Origin: Octopus sinensis | Lineage: Eukaryota | Direction of reading: 5' to 3' | NCBI RefSeq assembly: GCF_006345805.1 | Contig: NW_021823917.1 | Span: 1 to 20,685, forward strand | DNA length: 20,685 nt | Shown: one piece after another, positions 1 to 10,865 of the stretch | Layout of the letters: each line of letters opens with the position of its first letter | Numbering within the stretch: position 1 is the stretch's first letter | The notes under the pieces: generated by a model | The model's database searches: none | What the model was told of the DNA's origin: nothing | What the model saw: only the letters and a program-made list of their open reading frames with translations | Translations under genes and position numbers: made by a program

Positions 1-1170
1 GTAAATGAAGGATAATTACGCAAGAAGGGACCACACACTCAATTCCATGTAGCCACAACAGACGTTACTGGAAAAAAAAATAGGTGGGATTAGGGGGACC
101 AAGCTCTAACCACGAACAGGAGAGTTACCCTTAGGAATGAGCAAGTGTGTCCACTGTGCCGCATCTGAAATGGAGTGGATGAAACCATTGTCCATATCAC
201 GAACGAATTACCCGAGACTCGCCCAAGACCACTACATGTTGTGACGACACGACCAGGTAGCGAAAGTGTTATATTAGAAACAGCGTGGCACCTTGGGCAA
301 GTGTCTTCTACTATAGCCTCAGGCCGACCAAAGCCTTGTGAGTGGATTTGGTAGACGGAAACTGAAAGAAGCCCATCGTATATATGTATATATATATATA
401 TGCGTGTGTGTGTTTGTGTGTCTGTATTTGTCCCCCTAGCATTGCTTGACAACCGATGCTGGTGTGTTTATGTCCTCGTTACTTAGCGGTTCGGCAAAAG
501 AGACCGATAGAATAAGTACTGAGCTTACAAAAGAATAAGTCCCGGGGTCGAGTTGCTCGATTAAAGGCGGTGCTCCAGCATGGCCGCAGTCAAATGAGTG
601 AAACAAGTAAAAGAGTAAAAGAGTAAAAGAGTGCAAAATGTGGGTGTTAGAGAGAGAGGCAAGACGTTGTATGAGTACAAACCGCAGAGAGTGGAATAGT
701 CGGAGCCTAGCAAAATCCTCTGGGATATCCCAATCCAAACAGATCAGATGCTAGAGCATAACAGACCGGACCTAGTGGTGGTGGAGAAGGTGCACCACAT
801 ATGCTATACAGTTGATGTTGCATGCCCCTTTGACCCACGAATAGTCAAGGAGGGAGGCGAAAAGATAGATACAACCCTCATAAGTACGATATAGCCCGGC
901 TATGGAGAACGAAGAAGGTGAAGATAGTTCCAAATATTGTTGAGTCATTGGGAACTGTATGAGAAGGCATCAAGAGGAATATAAAGAAAATTGGAATAGA
1001 GTGCCCTGTAGAAATCTTACAAAAGTGTTTCCTCCTTGGCACGGCCAGAATAATCAGGTAAGTACTACAGAGCTGAAAAGAACGTATATCATGGTACCGT
1101 AGGATGCAGGTAGTAAGCCCGCTATGCGTGCAAGACTCCAGGAGCTCCAATAAAACTTGTGATAAAGAGA
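1..1170 (+). mobile_element. Decayed R4/Dong-like (RLE clade) non-LTR retrotransposon, 3' part: zinc knuckle, restriction-like endonuclease and 3' UTR; interrupted by a SINE at 284-632
   Basis: Manual translation across stops and frameshifts: GDQALTTN...CPLCRI*NGVDETIVHI...PRLAQDHYML*RHDQVAKVLY* (to ~283), then after the SINE KILWDIPIQTDQMLEHNRPDLVVVEK...DVACPFD...EK...ARLW...IVP...SLG...LQKCFLLGTARIIR*VLQS* (stop 1074-1076). AATAAA at 1149-1154 and an (AAT)n tail from ~1171. These are the CCHC/RHD and PD..D motifs of R4-type elements. The 5' part lies outside the window. Confidence 0.9.
284..632 (+). mobile_element. 5'-truncated SINE (type 1, CORE-like segment, (AAAAGAGT)n tail) inserted in the LINE
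   Basis: Starts CGTGGCACCTTGGGCAAGTGTCTT (resembles the CORE-SINE motif ACCTTGGGCAAG), has an internal TA/TG microsatellite, and ends in three AAAAGAGT-type units. Homologous to 4336-4746 and 8643-8715. Confidence 0.85.
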
Positions 1171-1195
1171 TAATTAATAATAATAATAATAAAAA

Positions 1196-1270
<75 letters not shown>

Positions 1271-1318
1271 CAACAACAACAACAACAATAATAATGTTGA
1301 TGATGATGATGATGATGA
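1171..1318. repeat. Compound triplet array (AAT)n-(AAC)n-(GAT)n; LINE tail/target
   Basis: Directly visible. Confidence 0.95.
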
Positions 1319-1834
1319 TGATCTTAACTGATTGGAAATGTTATAATGTACATTGTTTTGTCTTGGTATAAAAGATGGGCTACAGCAAATATTCTGCTCA
1401 ATACCACAGATTTGCTTGTCAGTTGTTTGACTTTAACCAGTTGAGCATGTCCTTCAGTGGCTGACGATATGTGCATCTTTGATCACGAGCAGAAGTAGTG
1501 GGGGAGCCTCATAGCCATGTGTTGAGAGGGATTGTTTGGGGTTTGAATAATTCACCTCTGGAAACTTAGGTGTTTCGTTCAACATCCTTAAACAACCCTT
1601 ATTCAGGGATCTTTTGAGCGGGATGGGCTACCCAGCCCGAAGAAAATTCTAACTGGGCTCCACCCGCAAGGTCATGTGCTGTTAATCTTGATATGAGATC
1701 ACCATGTCAAGCACATATGGTTGTGATGCATGTGCCTAGTGCACCCTTACCAGACAGGTAATCATGACGGGTATACTGAGCTTCGTATATTTTACCCCAG
1801 TGTCACTTTGATAGCATGTACTGCTCTCTCACTC
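1319..1834 (+). mobile_element. ~550-bp (TAA)n-associated non-autonomous element, copy 1 (lacks ~38 nt at the inferred 5' end)
   Basis: Reverse complement aligns along its length with 10002-10567 and 10866-11416. Begins TGATCTTAACTG, ends CTCTCTCACTC followed by AATAATAAT. No ORF. Strand is inferred from the tail and truncation pattern. Confidence 0.9.
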
Positions 1835-2191
1835 AATAATAATAAAATATTAAGTCCAGACATAGTGGCACAGAAATTTGGAATAACTTGTAAATCATGT
1901 TGTATAGCATCAAGCATGGGATGTAAGATGCCAAAGTCGAATTGGGATAAACAAATAATCTACTACAATTGATAGACAATTGGGATCCGGTACAAAGGCA
2001 CTAAAACTGACAAGACAGCCAACGTAATGCATTCTGAAAGTTTGGACTTGAAACTTGGGAGTATAAAGTTTTAAATTGTATTTCGTTAGTGTTTGGAACA
2101 ATGGCAGCCGACATTTATCGAAGTTGGTTTATTACATGAACAATTGTATCGTCTAGATAATCGAATATACTGGCAGCTAACTATATTATAC

Positions 2192-2940
<749 letters not shown>

Positions 2941-3583
2941 ATGCCCAGTTGGTCTTGTCTTACGAGGATATTGTGATATTGATGCACGAGTTACGACAGC
3001 CTGTTCTACTTGTTACACCTGCAAATCTAAATATAGAATTTCATTGCATAATATGCATTGATATAGTAACCTGTCATCCGAAACACCTGTCAAGATAAAA
3101 CTTATTTACATCATGAAATTTGTATGCGCAACTTCACATATCAATAATTTTCTAACGCCTGTTATTATTTATGTCTCTCCGGCTTACGCACACACACACA
3201 CACAACACACACACGCACAAATACACACACTAATATATGATAAAGTTGTTGTTGGAATTGTTGGGGATGTAATTCTCATAGTTCCGAATATTCTTAGTTT
3301 TGTTATTGTAGTTGTCATTGATATTCTTGTATGTAGCTGTCGTTGCTTTTGCTAGTGGCCATGTTATATCTGTTGTTGTTATTTCAACTATACTTGTTGC
3401 GGTTTATCATGATACTGACCCACATTTAACTGACCTAGGATAAAATGGGATCTCCAGGCGAAGCCACCGTCTTCTTTTACCTACATTATTTCCCGGTCTA
3501 CAACGTGTTTTTCCTTTTATACGGCATGATTTGAAGAACATTTCTAGCCGGTTAAACAATTGAGTAGAGACACACATGTAAAA

Positions 3584-3797
3584 CTTTCTACTATAGGCAG
3601 AAGAGCTGACATTTTTGAGCTGAAGTGTAAGTCGATCACATTGTTTCTGGTACCGGACTGGTACGTATTTTATAGACCCCGAAGGGTCAAAATGCAAAGT
3701 CGACCTAGGCGGAATTTGAACTCAGAAGATAAAGGGTCAGAAGAAATACCACTGAGCATTTTGTCTGAAGTGCTAACGGTTCTGTCATCTTGCCGCC
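3584..3797 (-). mobile_element. tRNA-derived SINE (type 2), near full-length
   Basis: Minus strand begins GGCGGCAAGATGACAGAACCGTTAGCAC and has the B-box-like GAGTTCAAATTCCGCC. Homologous to 3804-4019 and 19997-20219. Confidence 0.85.
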
Positions 3798-3803
3798 AAT
3801 AAT

Positions 3804-4019
3804 AAAGGGTTTCAAATCTTGGCACAGGGTCAACAAGTTCGGGAGAGGGAGTAAGTCGATTACATCAACCCCAATGCGTTACTGGTTGTGGTTTTTATTT
3901 TATCGACAAGGATGAAAGGCGAAGTCGCCCTCGGCGGAGTTTGAACTCAAAGCATAATGACGTACGCAATACCGCTAAATATTTTGCCCGGCGTTCTAAC
4001 GATCTGCTAACTTGCAGCC
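3804..4019 (-). mobile_element. tRNA-derived SINE (type 2), second tandem copy
   Basis: B-box-like GAGTTCAAACTCCGCC on the minus strand; shares the GATGAAAGGC-AAGTCG body and the 3' region. Confidence 0.85.
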
Positions 4020-4041
4020 AATACTAATAGTAATTATAATA

Positions 4042-4192
4042 GATCTTTTCTAATTTTGACACAAAGCCAGCAATTTTTAGATACATACACACATACATCG
4101 TCTCCAGTAGTCAACTGGTACTTAGCTTATCAGCCCCGCCAACCGTAAGGATGAAAGGTAAAGTCAAGCTTTGCAAGGTTTGAACCCAGAAT
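4042..4192 (-). mobile_element. tRNA-derived SINE (type 2), third copy, head truncated just beyond the B box
   Basis: AACTGGTACTTA, GGATGAAAGGTAAAGTC and TTTGAACCCAGAA match the neighbouring copies; more diverged. Confidence 0.7.
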
Positions 4193-4335
4193 CGAATAGG
4201 TAAATAGCTATGTTATAGATTTTAAATTTACACACAAGATTTACGGCGTGAACTTACATAAGCGTCGCTTATGTTTTGAGACAAGCGTATTACGTCTCGG
4301 AAGATTAGGTCCGGTTCTTGAGCCATTCGCAGATA

Positions 4336-4746
4336 GGCGGAAGCGTTTCTGTATGGTAGTGTGCTTTCGAATCACATAGTTCCGGTTCAGATTCATTTGC
4401 ATGCAGTCTCACTCTGTGGCACCGAGGGCAACTGTCTTCTACTATAGCCCCGGGTTGACAAAAGCTATGAGAATGGATTTGTTCGGGGGAAACTGAAAGA
4501 AGCCTGTTGTATATGTATGTGAGTATGTCTGTGTGTCTTCGTGCTTGTGTTTGTTTTCCACTATCGCTTGACAACGGCTGGTCCTTTTTAGCTCCTCGGG
4601 AGAGGCCGAAAGAAGAATTACCGGGATTTAAAAAACAAATATGTCCTGGGGTCGATTGGTTCGACTAACGTTCTTCAAGGCAATGCCCCAGCATGACCGT
4701 AGCCTAATGACTGTAACAAATAGGATAAAAAGATAAAAGATAAAAG
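4336..4746 (+). mobile_element. SINE type 1, full length with tRNA-like head and (AAAAGAT)n tail
   Basis: Body aligns to 284-632 (GTCTTCTACTATAGCC, GGAAACTGAAAGAAGCC, GCTTGACAAC, GGGGTCGA, CCAGCATG). The head has a B-box-like GGTTCAG interrupted by a 16-nt insertion. Confidence 0.85.
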
Positions 4747-4784
4747 CTACAGACAAGTCTCGAATTTGAGGAAAAGACATAGAT

Positions 4785-5087
4785 GAGACCTTAAAAGTCC
4801 GAAACGGCAAGGCCTTCCATGCCGTGTCAACGAGGTTGAGCATAGGATATTTGAGCCCCCCAAAAAACCCAGGAAAATTTTCCCATGAAAGGGCTCACCG
4901 GGTTAGTCGAAAGAACGAACGAACGAACGAGCGAGCGAACGAAACCCCAGGAGGATAAAACGCAAATGTGAATCTCGGTGGGACTTGAACCCAGAACGTC
5001 AAAAGCAGTAAGGAAACATCACAAAACTATGTAGTGATTCTTCGAAATTGTGTGTTATTCCGCCCAGCGAGTTACCGATTCTTGAAC
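4785..5087 (-). mobile_element. SINE-like unit (type 3), copy a
   Basis: Direct repeat of 5088-5377 (both start GAGACCTTA on the + strand; period 303). Has a minus-strand B-box-like GGGTTCAAGTCCC and an internal (GAAC)n tract. Confidence 0.7.
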
Positions 5088-5377
5088 GAGACCTTAGAAG
5101 ACCGCAGCGGCAAAGGTTTCCATGCCGTGCCAACGATGGTTGAACGTAGGTTATATAAACCAAAAGAGCAGGAAAAATCTCCTACGAAAGGAGCCACAGC
5201 GACAGTTGAATAAACGAGCGAATCAAATGAACGAGCAAACGAACGGACGATACCCTAAACAGATAAAACGCAAAGTGGGTCACATGGGGACTTGATACCA
5301 GAACGTCAAAAGCTGTTATTAAACGCCATAACTGTGCGCTATTCTGTCCATCGAGTTACCGATTCTTTCATTCCACC
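5088..5377 (-). mobile_element. SINE-like unit (type 3), copy b
   Basis: Shares TTCCATGCCGTG-CAACGA, GATAAAACGCAAA, CCAGAACGTCAAAAGC and CGAGTTACCGATTCTT with copy a. The head region resembles the type-2 SINE head. Confidence 0.7.
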
Positions 5378-5519
5378 GAGCCCATCCTCGTCCACCAATC
5401 ATTTTAAACATAAAAACATAATACCATTGTATCTCACATGACAAAAATGACAATAGTTTATCAGTAATCGACTTAGTAAACACGACTGAAGATAATATTT
5501 TGGAGACAATCTCTGAGAT

Positions 5520-5749
5520 TAACTTGACACTCAACGCACACACACACGCATAAACTTATATGCATGTATGTGTCTGAATATATCTATATTATGCACACAC
5601 ATATTTCTGTAAGTTTATGTGCGTCTATCTCTCCCTCTAACTCTCTCACTATATATATATTATATATATATATATATATATACACACAGAGAAAGAGTCC
5701 GATAAATTGATATGTATATATATACACAGAGAAAGAGATCGATAAATTG

Positions 5750-5784
<35 letters not shown>

Positions 5785-5970
5785 AGATAGAGAGAGAGGA
5801 GAGAGAGATAGAGAGAGAGAGAGATATACGTATGTCATGTACACATACATATATGCACATACGTACACATATGTATGTATCTTTTAAGGTTGAAAATGTG
5901 TATATTCGTAAGTGTATATGTATATTTGTTATTTCTTTTCTGATATGTATATTTATATATATATATTATA

Positions 5971-6012
<42 letters not shown>
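5520..6012. repeat. Compound (CA)/(TA)/(GA) microsatellite region with a ~40-bp direct duplication (ACACAGAGAAAGAG..CGATAAATTGATAT, ~5680-5755)
   Basis: Directly visible. Confidence 0.9.
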
Positions 6013-6015
<3 letters not shown>

Positions 6016-6321
6016 AACGCGTAGTAGATGAAACAAGGACAACTGAAGAAGGGGAATATTCCTTGTGTTGTATGTCTTGTACTCTTTTTTTTCGTTGTTT
6101 GAAAAAAGTTCATTTCTATGTTTTTGATTTTATGTTTGAGTTTCTCATTGTGTTCAACGTTTCTTTTGATGTCCTGTGCCCATATATGCATGTATATATG
6201 CATATATATGTAGGTATGTACATATATGTATGTATATATGCATATATTTATATATTATTTATATTATTATATGATCGAACGCTACGCATCCTCAGCTCAG
6301 ATTGAAACACCTATTGTGTGT

Positions 6322-6352
<31 letters not shown>

Positions 6353-6353
<1 letters not shown>

Positions 6354-6520
6354 AGTTGAAATTATTAGAAAAACAAAAGACGAAGACAGGTGTATAAACA
6401 ATTAGCAGGTGTATTAATTTGACACTTGGGAAAATGAAACAGTCTTTCACGTTTCGAGCGTATGTTCTTCAACAGAAAGGAATAAGAGAATATAAACATA
6501 GAAGGAATGAAAAAGAAAAA
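6353..6520 (-). mobile_element. Short Penelope-type terminal-repeat-like element, minus-strand arm
   Basis: Reverse complement aligns to 6705-6880 (GAAACGT-AAAGACT-TTTC...TACA-CTG...TGTCTT-GTCTTT). It abuts (TG)n at 6313-6352 and contains a hammerhead-like motif at 6444-6479. The Penelope assignment is inferred from that motif only. Confidence 0.5.
6444..6479 (-). ncRNA. Degenerate minimal type-I hammerhead-like motif
   Basis: Minus strand reads CTTT-CTGTTGA-A-GAAC atac GCTC-GAAA-CG-T-G-AAAG. Stem I CTTT/AAAG and the palindromic ACGT stem III are present. Core A6 is U, H17 is G, and stem II has a mismatch. Confidence 0.35.
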
Positions 6521-6704
6521 AAGCGGTCAGGCTTGCCGAATGATTAAAAAAAAGTTTGAAAGACGAGGTTGAAAGGAAAGGAGATAATGTGCTGGTGATC
6601 CCAAATGAAGGTGCGCACATATATCCATTTTATCTCACACATAGTTATAACTATAATTATATGTATGTATTTATACACACACACAGATCGTTAGCCACTA
6701 CACA

Positions 6705-6877
6705 CATTTTTTTCTCCTTGTTTTTTCTTTCCTTCATTCTCTCCTTGTTTTTTCTGTGTCTGTAGAAGAGCGTAGGCTCGAAACGTAAAAGACTATTTCT
6801 ATTCCTGAGCGTTATACTAGTACATCTGTTTGTTTTGTACACCACATGTCTTTGTCTTTTGCTTTTTCGTAAACTCT

Positions 6878-6880
<3 letters not shown>
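6705..6880 (+). mobile_element. Short Penelope-type terminal-repeat-like element, plus-strand arm
   Basis: Inverted homolog of 6353-6520; abuts (TA)n at 6881-6953. Confidence 0.5.
6760..6791 (+). ncRNA. Minimal type-I hammerhead-like motif (variant core)
   Basis: CTGTAGA-A-GAGC gtag GCTC-GAAA-CG-T-A-AAAG: perfect 4-bp stem II, palindromic ACGT and H17=A. A6 is U and stem I is poor. Confidence 0.45.

Positions 6881-6953
<73 letters not shown>
6881..6953. repeat. (TA)n
   Basis: Directly visible. Confidence 0.95.
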
Positions 6954-6957
<4 letters not shown>

Positions 6958-7323
6958 GCATATATGGACAAGCACAGAAGGGGAATAATTCATTTTACAT
7001 TTATCGCCTAAACGGAATGTTTTCCATCGCTTATCTTTGCTGATATTCCCACTTCATCGGACCTTTGGGTATTGATTAATATTATATATTTTCGCGATAA
7101 TCCCATAAAGAAAACAAACTATTTATCAAGGTGACATCGATCAAACTTATAGATAGGGATTTAATTATTTAATTATGCATTTGATAGCAAACTACTCTAT
7201 TAATTGATTAGTTAAATAATTAATATATTAATTAATAGTTTCCATTGAAGTAGGTTTCACACTATTTTCATTAGTAGGCATTTGACACAGTTTTCCACCA
7301 ATTAATCTTTCGAATAATTTGCT

Positions 7324-7361
7324 GATATATATCTATATATCTATATCTATATCTATATCTA

Positions 7362-7449
<88 letters not shown>

Positions 7450-7473
7450 ATATATTATATATACGTATATATT

Positions 7474-7523
<50 letters not shown>

Positions 7524-7612
7524 TTATTTGGCTATCTCTCTCACATTCTCTCTCCGCCCCCTCCGTCCCACTCTCTTTCTCCCCCCCTCTCTCTCTATAT
7601 ATATATATATGT
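7324..7612. repeat. Compound (ATATCT)n/(TA)n/(TG)n/(TC)n microsatellites
   Basis: Directly visible. Confidence 0.9.
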
Positions 7613-7860
7613 TACATATATGAAAACACAACGTGTGTGTTACTCGGTCACGCAAGGGGAAGATCAGTGATACACCAAACCGAGTGGGAGTGCATGACAG
7701 CCACAAATGCTAAAGTAGGCGAACAGTTTTTAAAGATTTCTTTCTGAAGTCTCTTGCATTTTAATTAAAATAAAACTGCAAGACCTGTCGTAAATTGTAT
7801 TTGGCTTATCATTTTGATTAAACGCAAACACAAACAAACACGCATACAAACACACACGAT

Positions 7861-8630
7861 ATATGTAAAGTCTTCTAGCTGAGTTCCATTCTATACCTCG
7901 TTTATATTCATCTGTCGTTCTTTGCATCAACCAATTCACTGACAATGAAAATAAGATTGATGATAGCACCTATACTTGTTTGACCCCGGGTTTTGATTTC
8001 GAGTGGTTCTGTCAGCTTATTGTTGTGTATACCTGGACGTTTGAAGGTTTCATACAATAAGCGAATCAGCTTGACTAATTCGTGTGCGAAACCCCAGCGT
8101 TTGAGAATCTTCAGAAATGTATCTCGGTGAAGGCCCTCGAAAGCTTTTTCAAAGACAACAAGCGGCATGTACGAAGATGAGTTCCATTCATGCGATTGTT
8201 CGAGTATTTGGCGAATTATATAAATATTGTCGATACATGAGTTTCCTTTGCTTAATCCAGTTTGCTCTCGGCGAAATAATTTGTCTCTTGCTGTTACGAT
8301 GCGTCGTAATATAAAATGGATGAATATGGTGATTGATAATAGAGTGGTTCTTCTTCAGTTATTACAGTTTGATGCATCGCCTTTCTTTGGTAATTTCACA
8401 ATGAATCCTTTTCCCCAGCTGTTTGGTATTTTCTCATTGATCCAGATATTTTGTAAAATCCTTTGGTAAGTAATTGGTAATGTTTTGACCGCTGCTTTAA
8501 ACATTTCAGCACAAATTCCATCTAACCCTGATGATTTGCAATTTCTTAATTTACGGATAGCTTTTACGACTTCGTTTACCGTGATCTCTCTAATGTTGAT
8601 TTCCAAGTCATTATCCGCTTCTTTTATATA
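7861..8630 (-). mobile_element. Decayed RTE-like LINE reverse transcriptase fragment (RT domains 0 to ~4)
   Basis: ORF 8355-8606 reads EITVNEVVKAIRKLRNCKSSGLDGICAEMFK...IPNSWGKGFIVKLPKKGDASNCNN. It continues across frameshifts as REQTG...SCIDNIYIIRQILEQ, VFEKAFEGLHR...LKILKRWG and ILFSLSVNWLMQRT. No YADD motif was found. The RTE clade is inferred from KLPKKGD..CNN and the REQ.G/IRQILEQ pattern. Confidence 0.85.
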
Positions 8631-8642
8631 TATAATCCATAC

Positions 8643-8715
8643 AGTCTTCTACTATCGTTGGGTCCACCAAAGCCTTGTAAGTAGATTTAGTAGGTGGAAG
8701 CTGAAATAAAGTCTG
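8643..8715 (+). mobile_element. Internal fragment of SINE type 1
   Basis: GTCTTCTACTAT...CCAAAGCCTTGT-AGT-GATTT-GTAG..GGAA-CTGAAA matches 301-370. Confidence 0.7.
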
Positions 8716-9069
8716 CATCAGTATCTTTGCATGCTAATAAATCTCTCTCTCTCTCTTTCTCGTTCTCTTTCTTTCTGTGTGTGTGTTTGTGTGTTTATAC
8801 ACACGTATATATGCATATACAGTATGTGTATATATATGTACATATGTGTGTGTTTGTCTGTATATAAACACAGATTCATTATGTTGGCTATATTTCCAAC
8901 TGAGACGTAACAGCCGTATTTGATTCTTGGAGTGCTTCAATTCTGTGTATGTATATCTATCAACTAAGGTTGCTGATATTTATCAATGATTTTTTCCCCC
9001 ATTGTGTTGATGCGCCATTTACTACCTTTAATGAAGCATTCCTCACTTTGACTACATGGGCATGCTGGG

Positions 9070-9124
9070 ATACACACACACACTACACATATATATATAT
9101 ATATATATACATATACACGCATAC

Positions 9125-9155
<31 letters not shown>

Positions 9156-9401
9156 CATAAATATACAAACATGCATACATACATACATACATGCATACAT
9201 ACATGCATGCATCATACATACATACATACATACATACAAACATACATGCATACATACGTACATACATACAAACATACATGCATACATACATACATACAAA
9301 CATACATACATACATACATACATACATACATACAACATACATACATACATACATACATACATACATACATACATACATACATACATACATACATACATAC
9401 A

Positions 9402-9431
<30 letters not shown>
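9070..9431. repeat. (TACA)n array with (TA)/(CA) lead-in
   Basis: Directly visible. Confidence 0.95.
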
Positions 9432-9432
<1 letters not shown>

Positions 9433-9825
9433 CAGCAGCTCTTGGTGGTGCAAATCAGATATGAAGTCTTGGTGGTTGTATTTTCAATACATTGTCTGGT
9501 TTAAAAACCCACATCAGACGCCAAGATGGATCTAAGGTGTAAGAGTACGAGAGGTGGTCAGATTCTACATAAGGATTAGACAACCACCATATACATATAA
9601 TTAAGATTCAGTCGAATTAGATACTTAAATTGAGACACCTTGGAAGGTCTTCTAAATATAAGTAGCTAGGTTACCACTCGTTTTATCCCGAACCCCACTA
9701 TTTCTCTGCTACACCCTAAATTATGTATGCATTATTTTCTAAACGAATTCTGCCACAGATATGACAAATGAAACAATGTAAATATTTTGAGTTCCATTAT
9801 TAATGTAAATATGTTAAAAAATGGT

Positions 9826-9925
9826 TATATTATTATTATTATTATTATTATTATTATGTTTATTATTAATTATTATTATTATTATTATTATTATTATCAT
9901 CATCATCATCATTATTATTATTATA

Positions 9926-10001
<76 letters not shown>
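9826..10001. repeat. (TAT)n/(CAT)n array
   Basis: Directly visible. Confidence 0.95.
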
Positions 10002-10567
10002 GAGTGAGTGAGTAGAGTGAGTGAGACAGCAGTGCGTGGCATGAAATTGAGACTAGGGCACAAATATACGAAGCCCAGTATACTCATCATGATTACCCGT
10101 CTGGTAAGGGTACACTAGCTCCATGCATCACAAACATATGTGCGCAACATGGTCACCTCATATCAAGATAAACAACGCATTACCTTGCAGGAGGGGGCCA
10201 GTTAGAATTTTCTTCTGGTCGAGTAACCCATCCTGCTCAAAAGGTCACTGAATAATGGTCGTTTAAGGATGCTGAACAAAACATCCATGTTTCCAAGGTG
10301 AATTATTCAACCCCCAAATAATTCCTCTCAACACAGGGCTATGATGTTCCTCTGCTACTTCTGCTCGTGATCAGAGATGCACATATCGTCAGCCACTAAG
10401 GGACATGCTCAAACGGTTATGGTCAAACAACTGACAAGCAAATCTGTTGTATTGGGCAGAATATTTGCTGCAGCTCATCTTTTTTGCGAAGACAAAACAT
10501 GTACATGATAACTCTTCCCATCAGTTAAGATCAGAAGCCACGAGAGCCAATGCCTGGTACTGCATCA
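10002..10567 (-). mobile_element. ~550-bp (TAA)n-associated element, copy 2
   Basis: Aligns directly with 10866-11416 and looks more diverged. It lacks the terminal GGGC and has a reiterated GAGT end at 10002-10024. Confidence 0.9.
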
Positions 10568-10729
10568 TCGCGTCGTCGTCGTCGTCGTCATCATCATCAT
10601 CAACATCATGATCATCACCACCATCATCAACATCATCATCACCACCACCATCATCATCGTCATCATCATCATCATCATCATCACCACCATCATCATCATC
10701 ATCATCATCATCATTATTATTATTATTAC

Positions 10730-10814
<85 letters not shown>

Positions 10815-10818
10815 ATCA

Positions 10819-10865
<47 letters not shown>
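10568..10865. repeat. Compound (CGT)/(CAT)/(CAC)/(TAT) array between copies 2 and 3
   Basis: Directly visible. Confidence 0.95.

Noticed and set aside
1850-2140. Short ORFs 1730-1972 and 1910-2101
   Set aside because: The first is read-through from the non-coding element and its tail. Neither shows recognisable motifs.
4257-4300. Small hairpins (CATAAGCG-T-CGCTTATG) as a possible Helitron end or terminator
   Set aside because: No adjacent CTRR terminus or matching 5' TC end was identified, and short palindromes are common.
4391-4406. Octamer ATTTGCAT inside a 16-nt insertion in the SINE B box
   Set aside because: A single 8-mer is expected by chance in 20 kb of AT-rich DNA, and there is no snRNA-type promoter context.
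4785-5377. Direct repeats as a CRISPR-like array
   Set aside because: Only two ~300-bp diverged units, with no spacers and no cas genes, in eukaryotic repeat context.
6960-7325. AT-rich unique stretch next to the hammerhead-like repeat, possibly Penelope internal sequence
   Set aside because: No RT or GIY-YIG motifs were found in the frames I read.
8873-9060. Possible upstream RTE linker fragment (HRIEALQE on the minus strand) and an SDH motif near 9580
   Set aside because: Only a few residues resemble RTE sequence. Position is compatible but similarity is too weak; it needs TBLASTN or an HMM search.
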